Program-made: the position numbers and the translations under genes
The notes under the pieces: model-generated
What the model saw: only the letters and a program-made list of their open reading frames with translations
Database searches by the model: none
What the model was told of the DNA's origin: nothing
Assembly (NCBI GenBank): GCA_963667725.2
Contig: CAXXHO010000003.1
Location: 1,952,001 to 2,016,000 of the forward strand
Direction of reading: 5' to 3'
Source of the DNA: Treponemataceae bacterium
Lineage (GTDB): Bacteria; Spirochaetota; Spirochaetia; Treponematales; Rectinemataceae
DNA: 64,000 nt
Shown here: positions 26,177-36,127 of the stretch, piece by piece
Layout of the letters: the number at the start of each line of letters is the position of its first letter
Position numbering within the stretch: position 1 is the stretch's first letter

Positions 26177-28180
26177 TCAGAGGAGCTGTACGGGATCTAT
26201 GTCCACTTCGAGGCGGACCGAGGATGGGGTCTTGTAGCCGCCAAGGAGGGAGCGCATGGAAGCATGGAGCTTCGCGAGGCTTGTCGCTCGAAGGAGGATC
26301 TGCCAGCGATGCGAACCCGCTATCATGCCGAGGGCGCATTCGGCGGGACCGAGCAGTTCCACGTCGGCGGGGAGGGTTGCCGCGCCTTTCCGCGCGAGCT
26401 CCCTTGCCGCCCCCACGCAATGGTCGCGCTCCCGCGATCGGACCACGATGCGCGCCATGCGGGAGAAGGGGGGGAAACCCTGGGCTTCGCGAAGGACGAG
26501 TTCGCCCGAATAGAAGGCTTGCATGTCGAGGGTCGAGGCTAGCCTGATGACGGGGTTTTCGGGCCTGAAGGTCTGTATGAAAACGCGCCCGTCGGGATCG
26601 TAGCGCCCCGCCCTGCCCGCCACTTGGACGATGAGCGAAAAGACGCGCTCGGCGGCGCGGAAGTCGGGCAGGTTGAGGCCCGCGTCGGCAAGGACGACGC
26701 CTACGGTCTTCACGCCCGGGAAGTTCAGGCCTTTGGCGACCATCTGGGTGCCCAGGAGGATGTCGATTTTTCCGCTCCTGAATTCCTCAAGGGTCGATTC
26801 GAGGGAGCCTTTCTTCGATACGGTGTCGGCATCCAGGCGCCTGATTGTCCAGTCGGGAAACATTTCGGCCACTTCTTCCTCGATGCGTTCGGTTCCGAAA
26901 CCGCGCCAGCCTATGTCGAGGGAACTGCATTCGGGACAGGCGCTCGGGGGCGTCGTCCGGTAACCGCAGTAGTGGCAGATGAGCTGGTTCTGCTCTTTGT
27001 GATAGGTGAGAGCGACCGAGCAATGTTTACATTTGAGCTCGGCGCCGCAGGTGTCGCAGACGAAGAAGTGGGAAAATCCCCGGCGGTTAAGAAAGAGGAT
27101 GGACTGCCGTCCTTCGGCCTTCGTTTCGATGAGCGCTTTTTTCAGCCTTTCGGAGATTGTCGAGGCTTCGGCTCTCATGTCGACCACTTCGATTTCCGGG
27201 AAATCCCCGCCGCCTGGGCGCTGGCTCAGGGTCTGGCGGTTCATGGCGCCTGTCTCGCAGGAATGCCAGGCTTCGACTGAAGGGGTGGCGCTTCCCAGGA
27301 TGAGCCGCGCCTTCTCTTTGCCCGCGCGGTACATGGCCACCTGGCGCGCGTGGTAGCGTGGGGCGTTGCCGGCCTTGTAGCTTCCCTCGTGTTCCTCGTC
27401 TATGACGAGAAGTCCCAGGTTCTGAACAGGAGCGAAAATGGCGCTGCGCGCGCCGATCACCATATGGGCTTCTCCCTTGAGGATGCGGCGCCATTCCGAC
27501 AGTTTCTGCGATGGGGTCAGTCGCGAGTGGATGACGGCACAGTCGTCGCCGAAACGCTGCCTGGCCGAGCGGATGACCTGGCCGGTCAGGGCAATCTCCG
27601 GCACGAGGTAGATGACGGAACGCCCCGCCGCGAGCGTACGTTCGGCGGCCTGCAGGAAGACTTCCGTTTTGCCCGTCCCGGTAGGCCCGTAGAGGTAGGT
27701 GGTACCCGATTCGGAAGCGAGAATCCCATCGAGGGCCGCGCGCTGTTCTTCCATGAGGGCAAGCGCCTTGTCGCCGATCTGGAAATCCTCGATTTCGGCA
27801 TAGGACTGGAGGCTTTCCCTCCTCCCCGTCGGCAGCATGGAGCCCAGGGCTTCGCCCAGGGAACAGAAATACATGCGCGCCACCCAGGCGGCCAGTTGGA
27901 CCGTGGATTCGGCGAAAATCGCTTCGGTGTCGACGGCTCGCTTTATCGGCTTTATGAGGGTTGGATCGAGGGAGCAGGTCGGAGCCGTCTCGACGACGAA
28001 GCCGGCGAGGCCGCGCCTCCCGAAGGGAGCCTCGGCCCTGCATCCCATCCTCGCCGGCTTCTCGTCATCGTTTCTGTACCAATAGGTATCGTCGATGGGC
28101 AGAGGAAAGGCTATGCGCACATAGGCATCGGCGCGGGCTTCCGGTTCCGCCCGGTCAGGGCTTTCTGCGGCTTCAGTCAT
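26177..28180 (-). CDS. priA: Primosomal protein N' (replication restart helicase)
   Basis: GPTGTGKTEVF, LVPEIALT, IDEEHEGSYK, Cys-rich zinc region, LGTQMVAKGL, QVAGRAGR. Confidence 0.97.
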   Translation of the reverse strand: MTEAAESPDRAEPEARADAYVRIAFPLPIDDTYWYRNDDEKPARMGCRAEAPFGRRGLAGFVVETAPTCSLDPTLIKPIKRAVDTEAIFAESTVQLAAWVARMYFCSLGEALGSMLPTGRRESLQSYAEIEDFQIGDKALALMEEQRAALDGILASESGTTYLYGPTGTGKTEVFLQAAERTLAAGRSVIYLVPEIALTGQVIRSARQRFGDDCAVIHSRLTPSQKLSEWRRILKGEAHMVIGARSAIFAPVQNLGLLVIDEEHEGSYKAGNAPRYHARQVAMYRAGKEKARLILGSATPSVEAWHSCETGAMNRQTLSQRPGGGDFPEIEVVDMRAEASTISERLKKALIETKAEGRQSILFLNRRGFSHFFVCDTCGAELKCKHCSVALTYHKEQNQLICHYCGYRTTPPSACPECSSLDIGWRGFGTERIEEEVAEMFPDWTIRRLDADTVSKKGSLESTLEEFRSGKIDILLGTQMVAKGLNFPGVKTVGVVLADAGLNLPDFRAAERVFSLIVQVAGRAGRYDPDGRVFIQTFRPENPVIRLASTLDMQAFYSGELVLREAQGFPPFSRMARIVVRSRERDHCVGAARELARKGAATLPADVELLGPAECALGMIAGSHRWQILLRATSLAKLHASMRSLLGGYKTPSSVRLEVDIDPVQLL

Positions 28181-29018
28181 GGTCGATCAGGTCGCGCAGC
28201 CGTTTCAGGTCTTCCCAGGCGGGACGCTTGAGCGTCGGATCCCGCAAGAGGGCCGATGGATGGAAGCTGGCGACGACGGGGATGCCCTCATATTCGTGCA
28301 TTCTGGTCCTGAGCCGGTTTATGCCTTCCGTCGTGGAAAGGAGGGCTTGGGCCGCCGTCCTGCCCGCGCAGAGGATGGCCTTGGGGGAAAGGAGGCGTAT
28401 CTGCTGGCGCAGGTAGGGCATGCACGCGGCTCTTTCGTCGGGCGCCGGTTCCCTGTTGTTGGGAGGCCTGCATTTCACGACATTGGCGATATAGCAGTTT
28501 TTCCGTCTGTCGAGCCCGATGGAGAAAAGCATTTTGTCGAGGAGTTGGCCTGAAGCGCCGACGAAAGGGAGGCCCTGGCTGTCTTCCTCGGCTCCCGGGC
28601 CTTCTCCCACAACCAGGACCAGGGGCTTTGCGACGCCCTGGCCGAACACGACGTTTTTGCGCGCGCTGGAGAGAACGCATCGGGCACAGGTCAGAGCCTT
28701 TTGCCCCAAGGTTTCGAGCGTCTCTCCCTCTTCGTTGGGCGGTGCTGCTGCTGCGGCGGTCACGTTGGGGGCCTTAAAAGCGGCGGCTGCGGGGGTTGAA
28801 GCGACGCCAGGCGCCGAGCCAGGCGCCGCGATGGACGCGGAGCGCAGTCTTTTCAGCAGTTCGCCGGAAGGCCGCTCGATCCTCATGCCCGTCGACAGGG
28901 CGCTTCCGATGGTATCGAGGGATAGGAAGAGATCGGCCAGGTCGGGCGCCGCCGCCGCCTTCTCTGTCGCGGCCGCGGCCGGGCCGGGCGCGGTCCGGGA
29001 GTTTTCATTGTCCATCAT
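28173..29018 (-). CDS. Uracil-DNA glycosylase family 4 with an Ala/Pro-rich N-terminal extension
   Basis: CARCVL Fe-S ligands, VGEGPGAEED, PFVGASG, NVVKCRPPNNR, FHPSALLR. Confidence 0.93.
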   Translation of the reverse strand: MMDNENSRTAPGPAAAATEKAAAAPDLADLFLSLDTIGSALSTGMRIERPSGELLKRLRSASIAAPGSAPGVASTPAAAAFKAPNVTAAAAAPPNEEGETLETLGQKALTCARCVLSSARKNVVFGQGVAKPLVLVVGEGPGAEEDSQGLPFVGASGQLLDKMLFSIGLDRRKNCYIANVVKCRPPNNREPAPDERAACMPYLRQQIRLLSPKAILCAGRTAAQALLSTTEGINRLRTRMHEYEGIPVVASFHPSALLRDPTLKRPAWEDLKRLRDLIDHD

Positions 29019-31479
29019 GGGCGATCTCCGCTTTCATGCTCAATTTTTTCGCGCCGAAACGTCCGCTCGAGACCTTGACGACGATCTCCCCTTCCCTGCC
29101 GATGGAAGCGATCCAGAAGGCGGCCGAACCGCCCAGGAAGCTGATTTCGGAGGGTCCGACCAGCCTGCCCGCGCCAGACACTCCGATCCGCAACGGTTCG
29201 AAGATGAATGAACAGGGATTGTCATACTGATCGAGAACGCGCGCCGTGACGCGCTGGGTATCCCATTCGTCGCCGGTCCTGACATGGAGGACGGTTGCGT
29301 CGGCCGTCAGTTCAAGCCTTGAGGCTGAAGCGTCGGCGCCGTATCTCCTGCGCGCTACTTCGGCGCCATCGAAGATTCCAACCAGCTCGAAGACATCGTC
29401 GGGGCAGCCCCAGGCCATTCCATACTTCAGGATAAGGGCTTCGGCGTCCTTGAGTTTCATGCGCCGGTTGAGGGCGAGGCGGAGGAAGCGGAGCTTGTCG
29501 GCCGGCCGCAGGTTCGCGGCGCCCTTCTTCATGGCTTCCGACGCCAGCGAGAGGAAAAGCTCCTTGTCTTTCGTGGCGAAGCCTTCCCTGTCGATCCGAT
29601 CTCCGATGAAATCGTCCATCGTCACGGGCGGATGTTCGAGGTGAGGATATGTTTTCCGGTCCGGCAGAAATCGCCCAACTTTCTCCCCGGAACGATAGAG
29701 ATCGACGGCATCGCAATTGGTGTAGACTTCTACGGGCAAAGGAAGCATCGCGCTCCGCTCGCCCTTGGCGAAAAGCGTCGCCGGTTCGAGGATGACTTTT
29801 ATTTTCGGATCAGCCTGGCTCGCGTAGAGCGCGGCCGCGTACTTGGGTATCCGGAACATGTCGGCGACGCCGTGATAGCAGATCCTGTCGCCGGAGCCGA
29901 AGTCTTTGTGGGTATTGTAATCGAAGGCGCACCAGCCTATGGCGCCGGAGACCGCTGAATCGCCCATCGCGGCGTCGAGAACGCGCGCGTGCCGCCGGGC
30001 GTGCTCCGCGAGCCGTTCTTCCTGGTCGTAGCGTTTCGTCGGGAACATGTGGCCGTTGTGTTCGGTTATGAGATAGGGCGCGTCCTTGCTCTTGCCCTTG
30101 ACGGATGCCGGCGACGCTATGGCGAGCTTGCCGCCGTCATGGGTGAAGTCGTTGTAGGTATAGACATCTTCCAGAAGCCTGCTGCCCCGGAAATTCCGCA
30201 CCCCGCCCCTCTGCCTGTCCGGATCGAGGGCGGCGGCCAGCGCGTTGGTTCTCGCGTAAAGCTCGTCGTCGTCCGGCGATTCGTTGACGCGGACGCCCCA
30301 AAGGATTATCGAGGGGTGATGCCTGTCGCGCCGGATGAGGTCTCCCAAGTCGGCCAGGGCCTGGTCCTTCCATGCCGAGTCGCCTATATGTTGCCATCCG
30401 GGGAGTTCGGTCAGGACGAGGAGTCCCAGTTCGTCGCAGGCGTCGAGGAAATGTCTCGACTGCGGATAGTGGCTGGTGCGCACGATGGTCAGTCCCAGTT
30501 CCCGCTTGAGGATTTCGGCGTCCCGGCGCTGCGCCCCCGGTCCCATCGCATAGCCGACATAGGGCCAGGATTGATGCCTGTTCAGGCCGCGCAGGAATAC
30601 TTTTCTACCATTTAAATAAAAGCCCTGTCCCGTGAAGCGCGCGTCCCTGAATCCGATGCGTTCTTTCAGGCTGTCCGCGTCATGGTCCCCGATCCGAAGG
30701 ATCACATCGAGATCGTAGAGTTCGGGCGAATCGATATCCCAAAGCTTTATCCCGCTCAGGCCGTCGAAATCGAGCCGAAGCTCTCTTTCCCACTCGGTTC
30801 CGGCGCCGGGAATTTCCTTCCAGGCCTCGGCTACGACCGCTCCATTCTTGGCGAGCCTGGCCAGGATATTCGCTCCCGACCAATCCGAGCCTCCCATCGT
30901 CACGTCGATGGAGAGTCGGGCTTCCTGGGCCGTCCCATCGGATGCCGCTCCTTCGGGCGCCTCCCCTACCCGGGGACGGGCATGGATTCTTTCGATATAC
31001 GCTTTTTCCTGGACGCGAAGAGAGACAGCCCGGTAGATCCCCCCATAAACGAGGTAATCCACGACGTCGCCGAAGGGAGGGATGCCCGGATTTTCCCGCG
31101 CGTCGACTTCCACGATAAGCCGGTTGAGGCCGTCGGGCTTCACCGCCTCGTCGATATTCACGGAGAAAGGCGTGTATGGCCCGGAATGGCTTCCCACTTT
31201 TCGCCCATTGAGCCAGATTTTGCAGGATACGGCGACTCCCTCGAAATCCAGGAAGATTCTTCCGCCCTCGGGAAGCTTGGGGGTTTCGAAGTCGCGAGAG
31301 TAACAGCCCTTTTTCTGATACGATCTTTCGTCGAAATGGTTGAAGGGGAGTTCCAGCAGGCTGTGAGGCAGGTCCACGCATTCCCAGTCGGCCGGGGAGA
31401 AAGCATCGCCCAGCCAGGATTCGTCCAGAGGGGAACCGAGGAATAGCCAGCCCGCCGAAAGGGGATAAATACCGCGCAT
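29005..31479 (-). CDS. Glycoside hydrolase family 2 (beta-galactosidase-like)
   Basis: GLNRHQSWPYVG, VRTSHYPQ, WGVRVNES (acid/base Glu), ITEHNGH (nucleophile), WCAFDYNTH. Confidence 0.93.
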   Translation of the reverse strand: MRGIYPLSAGWLFLGSPLDESWLGDAFSPADWECVDLPHSLLELPFNHFDERSYQKKGCYSRDFETPKLPEGGRIFLDFEGVAVSCKIWLNGRKVGSHSGPYTPFSVNIDEAVKPDGLNRLIVEVDARENPGIPPFGDVVDYLVYGGIYRAVSLRVQEKAYIERIHARPRVGEAPEGAASDGTAQEARLSIDVTMGGSDWSGANILARLAKNGAVVAEAWKEIPGAGTEWERELRLDFDGLSGIKLWDIDSPELYDLDVILRIGDHDADSLKERIGFRDARFTGQGFYLNGRKVFLRGLNRHQSWPYVGYAMGPGAQRRDAEILKRELGLTIVRTSHYPQSRHFLDACDELGLLVLTELPGWQHIGDSAWKDQALADLGDLIRRDRHHPSIILWGVRVNESPDDDELYARTNALAAALDPDRQRGGVRNFRGSRLLEDVYTYNDFTHDGGKLAIASPASVKGKSKDAPYLITEHNGHMFPTKRYDQEERLAEHARRHARVLDAAMGDSAVSGAIGWCAFDYNTHKDFGSGDRICYHGVADMFRIPKYAAALYASQADPKIKVILEPATLFAKGERSAMLPLPVEVYTNCDAVDLYRSGEKVGRFLPDRKTYPHLEHPPVTMDDFIGDRIDREGFATKDKELFLSLASEAMKKGAANLRPADKLRFLRLALNRRMKLKDAEALILKYGMAWGCPDDVFELVGIFDGAEVARRRYGADASASRLELTADATVLHVRTGDEWDTQRVTARVLDQYDNPCSFIFEPLRIGVSGAGRLVGPSEISFLGGSAAFWIASIGREGEIVVKVSSGRFGAKKLSMKAEIAHDGQ

Positions 31480-31496
31480 AGAGCCGCTCCTGGGAG

Positions 31497-32660
31497 TTAT
31501 CCCGCCACCATCACCTGAACGATCTGGATAACGGGAAGGACAATGCAGACGACAATGAATACGATTTCCAGCGTGAGCATTCTCCGTTCCGCCGTATCGT
31601 TCTTGAGCAGTTCGTAGACGTTCTGCAAGGCGTCGAGACGTTTGGCGACCGACACTTTCCAGCTTTCCGTATTGAAAATCGAACAGAGACGTTCATAAAT
31701 AAGGCCAAGGAAGTAGTCGCCGATGATTTTCGACGAATTGTCGAGGTTTTCCAAGGTGAAGAGCGCGTCGAAGCGCAGGGTCTGCAATTTTCCCAGCTTT
31801 ATCTTCACCGCGCGCTGGCCGAAACGCGTCTTGCCGCCGCTCAGGTATATCTTGCGGATATCCTTTTCGGCCTCGTCCAGCCACTTGTCCAGGAGAGAGT
31901 CCAAGGCGCGGAGCTCGATCAGTCGATAATTGGCGTGCTCGGCGATGAGAAGCACGTCCTCGTAATCCCGCGAGGGATCGATGATGATGCAGCGGTCGAA
32001 GTCGAAGATGGCCAGGTCGTTCTTGCGATAGCTGTGGGGCTTTTCGAGAATCTGCTTGACTTGGCTGTCGTGGAGGACGCCCGGTTCCTCGCCGGCGAGG
32101 AGGGCGGCCGCCACTTCCCTGTTCTGGTAGAGGAATTTTTCCGGACTTTCCGCCGGGCAGTCCAGGATGCAGAAGGCGGTATAGGTTTCCCTGTCGAAGA
32201 CCCAGTTTTCCTTGAGTCCCGTCACGGCGTCTTTTATGGCGTTCACCACCATCTGGAAACTCGAATCGGCGAACTGGTCCAAAGATTCAGACCCGCTCAC
32301 GTCGCTCACCGCGAGGTTTGCGTTGGAGGCGAGATTCTTGAAGGTCGAATGCGTCCTGTAGCGCACGACGAGGGTGAGGGCGCCATCGTCATAGATTTTC
32401 GCTACTGCCGTGAACTTTTCGAAGCATTTGGCGTCGCATTCTTCCGTGCTCAGCGTGAGGACGAGAGGCTTGGGCAGGGTGAGCGACGATGGCGTATCCC
32501 TGCGTTTGCCGAATCCTATGTCAGGATAGGCCGGTATCTTCGAAGCGGCTTTCTTGAGATCGACCGAACGGCCTATGTCGTAGACATAGAGATGGACGAT
32601 TTCGATCGGCAGCACCAGATCCTCATCAGCCGGTGCAAGATTCTCATCTTGATCGCTCAT
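31497..32660 (-). CDS. RMD1/DUF155-like protein with a C-terminal TM segment
   Basis: LYVYDIG..VDL N-terminus, helical ELRALDSLLD region, C-terminal RMLTLEIVFIVV. Confidence 0.6.
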   Translation of the reverse strand: MSDQDENLAPADEDLVLPIEIVHLYVYDIGRSVDLKKAASKIPAYPDIGFGKRRDTPSSLTLPKPLVLTLSTEECDAKCFEKFTAVAKIYDDGALTLVVRYRTHSTFKNLASNANLAVSDVSGSESLDQFADSSFQMVVNAIKDAVTGLKENWVFDRETYTAFCILDCPAESPEKFLYQNREVAAALLAGEEPGVLHDSQVKQILEKPHSYRKNDLAIFDFDRCIIIDPSRDYEDVLLIAEHANYRLIELRALDSLLDKWLDEAEKDIRKIYLSGGKTRFGQRAVKIKLGKLQTLRFDALFTLENLDNSSKIIGDYFLGLIYERLCSIFNTESWKVSVAKRLDALQNVYELLKNDTAERRMLTLEIVFIVVCIVLPVIQIVQVMVAG

Positions 32661-33691
32661 TGGTTCTTTACCTCCGTTTTCGCGATCTCGCGATCGAGAA
32701 CCGAAAGTACGAAGCTACTGCCGGCGGGAACCGAGAAAGGCACGCTGAAATTTCCGCCCGGATGTTTGAGCGAGGCGACGAGAACACGTTGCCCCGAGGG
32801 CTTTATGGCCTCAAGCTTGACAGGCACGAGATAGGGGTACTCGGGAAGTGTGTAGACATAGATTCCGTTGACGATATCCTGGGCGGACGCGGGCGAAGAG
32901 AGGACGACCTTGATCCGGTCGCTCACCTTGATCTCGGCGTCGGCCTTGGGCTGCTGTTCCACCACCTTGTTCTGGGCTTCGCCCGCTTTGGCTTGGCGCA
33001 TGGAAAAATCCACGGTCAATGTCGTCTTCTCCGCGGCGGCGACCGCAGCGGACATGGAAAGTCCCATGAAGTCGGGAACCTTGGCCTTGAGGCTTTCCGG
33101 CCCCTTGCTGACGACGAGCTCGAGAACGGTGGGTCCCGAGATCTGTTCGCCGGGCAGGGGTTTCTGCTCCAGGATGGTTCCGGCCGCCGATTCGTCGAAG
33201 CGGTAAATGGGCGGATCGCGCACGGTCACGAGAGGCTTGGAGGAGGAAAATAGCGACTGAAGCTGGAGCTTCATCGTCTCGAGGTCCTGGCCGATATAAT
33301 TTTCGATCTTGTCGAGCACGGCGCCTCTGCTGACGATCAGGTTGATTCTTCTTCCCGCCTTTACGATGCTCCCCGATCGGGGCGACTGTTCTAGGATGGT
33401 ATTCTTGTCCAGGGGATTGTCGGTGAAACGGAGGGTAAGCCTTGGATATAGTTCCCTCTCCTGAAGCTTGACGAGAGCGTCGGCCAGCTCCATATCCCTC
33501 ACGTCCGGAACCAAGACTTTTTCCGGTCCCTTCAATACGGCGAAGAAAACGATGATGGTGGCAAGGAGCAGCGCGACGCAGAGCAGCGCGGCATAGAGAG
33601 AGAAAGCCCTTTTCTGTTCCCTGGTCAAGGTGGAAAAATCAAAGCGCGGCAGCGCGAATTTTCTTCTAGGTTTCTTTTCGTTCTTTTCCAT
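32657..33691 (-). CDS. PASTA-domain membrane protein
   Basis: Single TM, then VLVPDVRDM, ILEQSP..G..VK, VPDFMGLS PASTA repeats; follows fmt. Confidence 0.9.
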   Translation of the reverse strand: MEKNEKKPRRKFALPRFDFSTLTREQKRAFSLYAALLCVALLLATIIVFFAVLKGPEKVLVPDVRDMELADALVKLQERELYPRLTLRFTDNPLDKNTILEQSPRSGSIVKAGRRINLIVSRGAVLDKIENYIGQDLETMKLQLQSLFSSSKPLVTVRDPPIYRFDESAAGTILEQKPLPGEQISGPTVLELVVSKGPESLKAKVPDFMGLSMSAAVAAAEKTTLTVDFSMRQAKAGEAQNKVVEQQPKADAEIKVSDRIKVVLSSPASAQDIVNGIYVYTLPEYPYLVPVKLEAIKPSGQRVLVASLKHPGGNFSVPFSVPAGSSFVLSVLDREIAKTEVKNQ

Positions 33692-33693
33692 TT

Positions 33694-34680
33694 CTAAAAA
33701 TTATCCTTAGTTTGTGGCGGCTGGCTGAACCGAAGGCCAGCCAGGTTCCGAATTCCGTTGGCGAAGTCTTTGTATGGCAAGGCTTTGCGCGTCGAAAACT
33801 GAAGGCGTCGTAGGGCTACCCACCCCTCGCCCGTCCTCACCATGATACCTCTGGCCTTATCCATTCCGATTATAGTGCCGGCGGTTACATTGGGCAATGC
33901 TTCGCCAGCCGGCTGGAATTCGCCTTCAGCGAAGGCTCTAGCCTCGAGAAGATTGAGGCGCTGCCCCTCCAGATAGGTATAGGCGCCCGGCCAGGGGTCG
34001 AAGGCGCGGATGCGGGCGTCGATGTCGGCGGAAGGCAGGTTCCAGTCGATGAGCCCGTCTTCCTTGGCGATTTTCCTGCAGTAGGTCGGCCTTCCCGCCT
34101 GGGCGACAGCCGAGGCTTCCCCAGCCTCCATGGCTTCAAGGACATCCAGGGCGAGACGCGCTCCGATAGCCGCGCACAGTTCAGAGAGCGTCCCCGCCGT
34201 TTCCCTTCCGGTTAGGGTGATCTTTTCCACGGCGAAGAGATCGCCCGAATCCATTTCCTGGGCCAGTCCCTGGATGGATACGCCGGTTTCCTCGTCTTTG
34301 TCGAGAATGGCCTGCTGGATCGGCGAGCTGCCTCGGTGTCTCGGAAGAAGGCTGGGGTGAATATTGATGCCGCCTCGGGGAAAAAGCGAGAGAAATTTAG
34401 GGCCGAAAATTTTCCCGTAGGCGAAGACCACGAGAATATCGGGATTCAAGGCGGCCACGGCCTCTCTTGCCTCAGAGCCTAGCTTCTCGAAGGCGAGAAT
34501 GGGAATATCATGGCCGAGGCTTTCGCGAGCCGCCGCCGCTACGGCGGTGGGAAGCACTTCCTTGCCCCTTCCCTGAGCCGACTCGGGGTTCGTAAGGATA
34601 CCGACGATCCGATGTCGCTCGGCTATACCCAGGAGCGTGGGCACGGCAATGGCTGGGCTTCCCGCGAACAGTACCTTCAT
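33694..34680 (-). CDS. fmt: Methionyl-tRNA formyltransferase
   Basis: VLFAGSP, INIHPSLLPRHRGSSPIQ, ETGVSI, MDSGD, IRAFDPWPGA. Confidence 0.96.
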   Translation of the reverse strand: MKVLFAGSPAIAVPTLLGIAERHRIVGILTNPESAQGRGKEVLPTAVAAAARESLGHDIPILAFEKLGSEAREAVAALNPDILVVFAYGKIFGPKFLSLFPRGGINIHPSLLPRHRGSSPIQQAILDKDEETGVSIQGLAQEMDSGDLFAVEKITLTGRETAGTLSELCAAIGARLALDVLEAMEAGEASAVAQAGRPTYCRKIAKEDGLIDWNLPSADIDARIRAFDPWPGAYTYLEGQRLNLLEARAFAEGEFQPAGEALPNVTAGTIIGMDKARGIMVRTGEGWVALRRLQFSTRKALPYKDFANGIRNLAGLRFSQPPQTKDNF

Positions 34681-34701
34681 GATTCCCCCCGATTGTCGGA
34701 C

Positions 34702-35190
34702 CTACATCTTGATCATTCGTTTGTAATGCTGAAGGGCTCTCTCCTTCTTGAAAGGCGTGATCCTCTCTATGAACAGCTTGCCCTGGAGATGGTCATATTC
34801 ATGGAGAATCACCCTGGCCAGGAGGCCGTCGGCTTCCACCGTAAAGGGTCTTCCTTTTTCATTGAAAGCCTGTATGCGCAGGGCGCTCGAACGCTTCACC
34901 ACGAAATAGAGCCCCGGAAAGGAAAGGCAGCCTTCCTCGTACTCGACCAGGTCGGGGCTTGTCATGACGATTTCCGGATTTATGAAGATCCGTTTCTTGT
35001 CATCGTCGACGTTGGTTACGAATATGCGTTTCGAAAGACCTACCTGGGGAGCGGCCAGGCCGATCCCATGGTCTCTTCTCATTACTTCGAACATTTCTTC
35101 ACAGAGCGCGGCAAGATTCTCGTCGAACTCAGTGACGGGCTCGGTCGGCTTTTCCAGTATCGGATCGCCGTAGGTAACTACTTCAAGCAT
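34702..35190 (-). CDS. def: Peptide deformylase
   Basis: GIGLAAPQVG, EGCLSF, HEYDHLQG. Confidence 0.97.
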   Translation of the reverse strand: MLEVVTYGDPILEKPTEPVTEFDENLAALCEEMFEVMRRDHGIGLAAPQVGLSKRIFVTNVDDDKKRIFINPEIVMTSPDLVEYEEGCLSFPGLYFVVKRSSALRIQAFNEKGRPFTVEADGLLARVILHEYDHLQGKLFIERITPFKKERALQHYKRMIKM

Positions 35191-35267
35191 AGATAGAACT
35201 CCAAATCTTTATATGCCTATAAGGTAAGGGCTTTGGGCCTCAGGGTCAAAGCCCGCATCTCATATGA

Positions 35268-35759
35268 TCACTTGAGCGGGGGAATTTCGAACCTGTCCCC
35301 GATATTCAGGCCGGCTCTCGCGAACCAACCCTGGGGCACCTCGATGGCATAGCGCACGCTCCGCTCCGAGGGCCTAGGATCCAGGGAAAAAGGCGTCAAG
35401 TCCAGGATCTGGAGAATGCTGCCGTCCTTGCCCAAGAAGCCCAGGGAGAGCGGCAGGGAGGTGTTTTTCATCCAGAAACTCACCTTCTGGTCGGATTCAA
35501 AGACGAAAAGCATGCCCTTGCCGTCGGCAAGGGTTTTCCTGAACATGAGGCCGCGGTTTCTCTCCATCTCGGTATCAGCCACTTCCGCGATCAGCTCTAC
35601 GTCGCCTGCTTTGAGCGTAACCGTTTCCAGCGCGGGGTTGGGCTTGTTCGGATCTTGAGCGGACTGCGCCGTGCAGGAAACAGCCATCGCGGCAGCCATG
35701 GCTATCGCGGCCAACGTCGAGAATAGCCTATGTTTTCGGCTTATTTCCATAAAGCGCAT
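35268..35759 (-). CDS. DUF192-family exported protein / lipoprotein
   Basis: EVADT..RNRGLMFR, GMLFVF, SFWMKNTSLPL, YAIEVPQG. Start placed at ATG 35759 after AAGGAG. Confidence 0.88.
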   Translation of the reverse strand: MRFMEISRKHRLFSTLAAIAMAAAMAVSCTAQSAQDPNKPNPALETVTLKAGDVELIAEVADTEMERNRGLMFRKTLADGKGMLFVFESDQKVSFWMKNTSLPLSLGFLGKDGSILQILDLTPFSLDPRPSERSVRYAIEVPQGWFARAGLNIGDRFEIPPLK

Positions 35760-35806
35760 CGATTCTCTCCTTACCGGAACGGGCATAGCATACCTCGATT
35801 TCGCAT

Positions 35807-35837
35807 AAAAAAAAAGGCCGTCCAATGGACGACCTTT
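35807..35837 (-). terminator. Intrinsic terminator downstream of rpsU
   Basis: Minus strand AAAGGTCGTCC-ATT-GGACGGCCTTT plus a long T tract. Confidence 0.8.
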
Positions 35838-35909
35838 CGTTTTTACAGATTCGATAGGGGAAAATCCCCCGCTCCGTGCCGATAAATTTGAGCCTATCGG
35901 CGAGAGTTT

Positions 35910-36122
35910 TTAGTATCCACCCTTGGAGTCGTGGGTCTTCCTGGTTTTCTTCATGAGTTTTCTGGCCAGGGCTTTCTGTTTGCGGTTTTTGATTGTGGAA
36001 GGTTTCTCGAAGTATTCCCGCTTTTTCCATTCGCGAATGATGCCCTCTTTTTCGACCATGCGCTTAAAGCGCTTAATCGCTTTCTCTAGGGGCTCGCCAT
36101 CTTCAACTACGATTTGCCGGAT
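35910..36122 (-). CDS. rpsU: 30S ribosomal protein bS21; probable non-canonical ATC start
   Basis: [31 protein letters not shown]. The GTG at 36131 sits inside the SD itself; ATC at 36122 is 8 nt after GGAGG. Confidence 0.93.
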   Translation of the reverse strand: MRQIVVEDGEPLEKAIKRFKRMVEKEGIIREWKKREYFEKPSTIKNRKQKALARKLMKKTRKTHDSKGGY

Positions 36123-36127
36123 AGTAA

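Noticed and set aside
24669..26237. 522-aa plus-strand ORF
   Set aside because: Antisense shadow of ackA.
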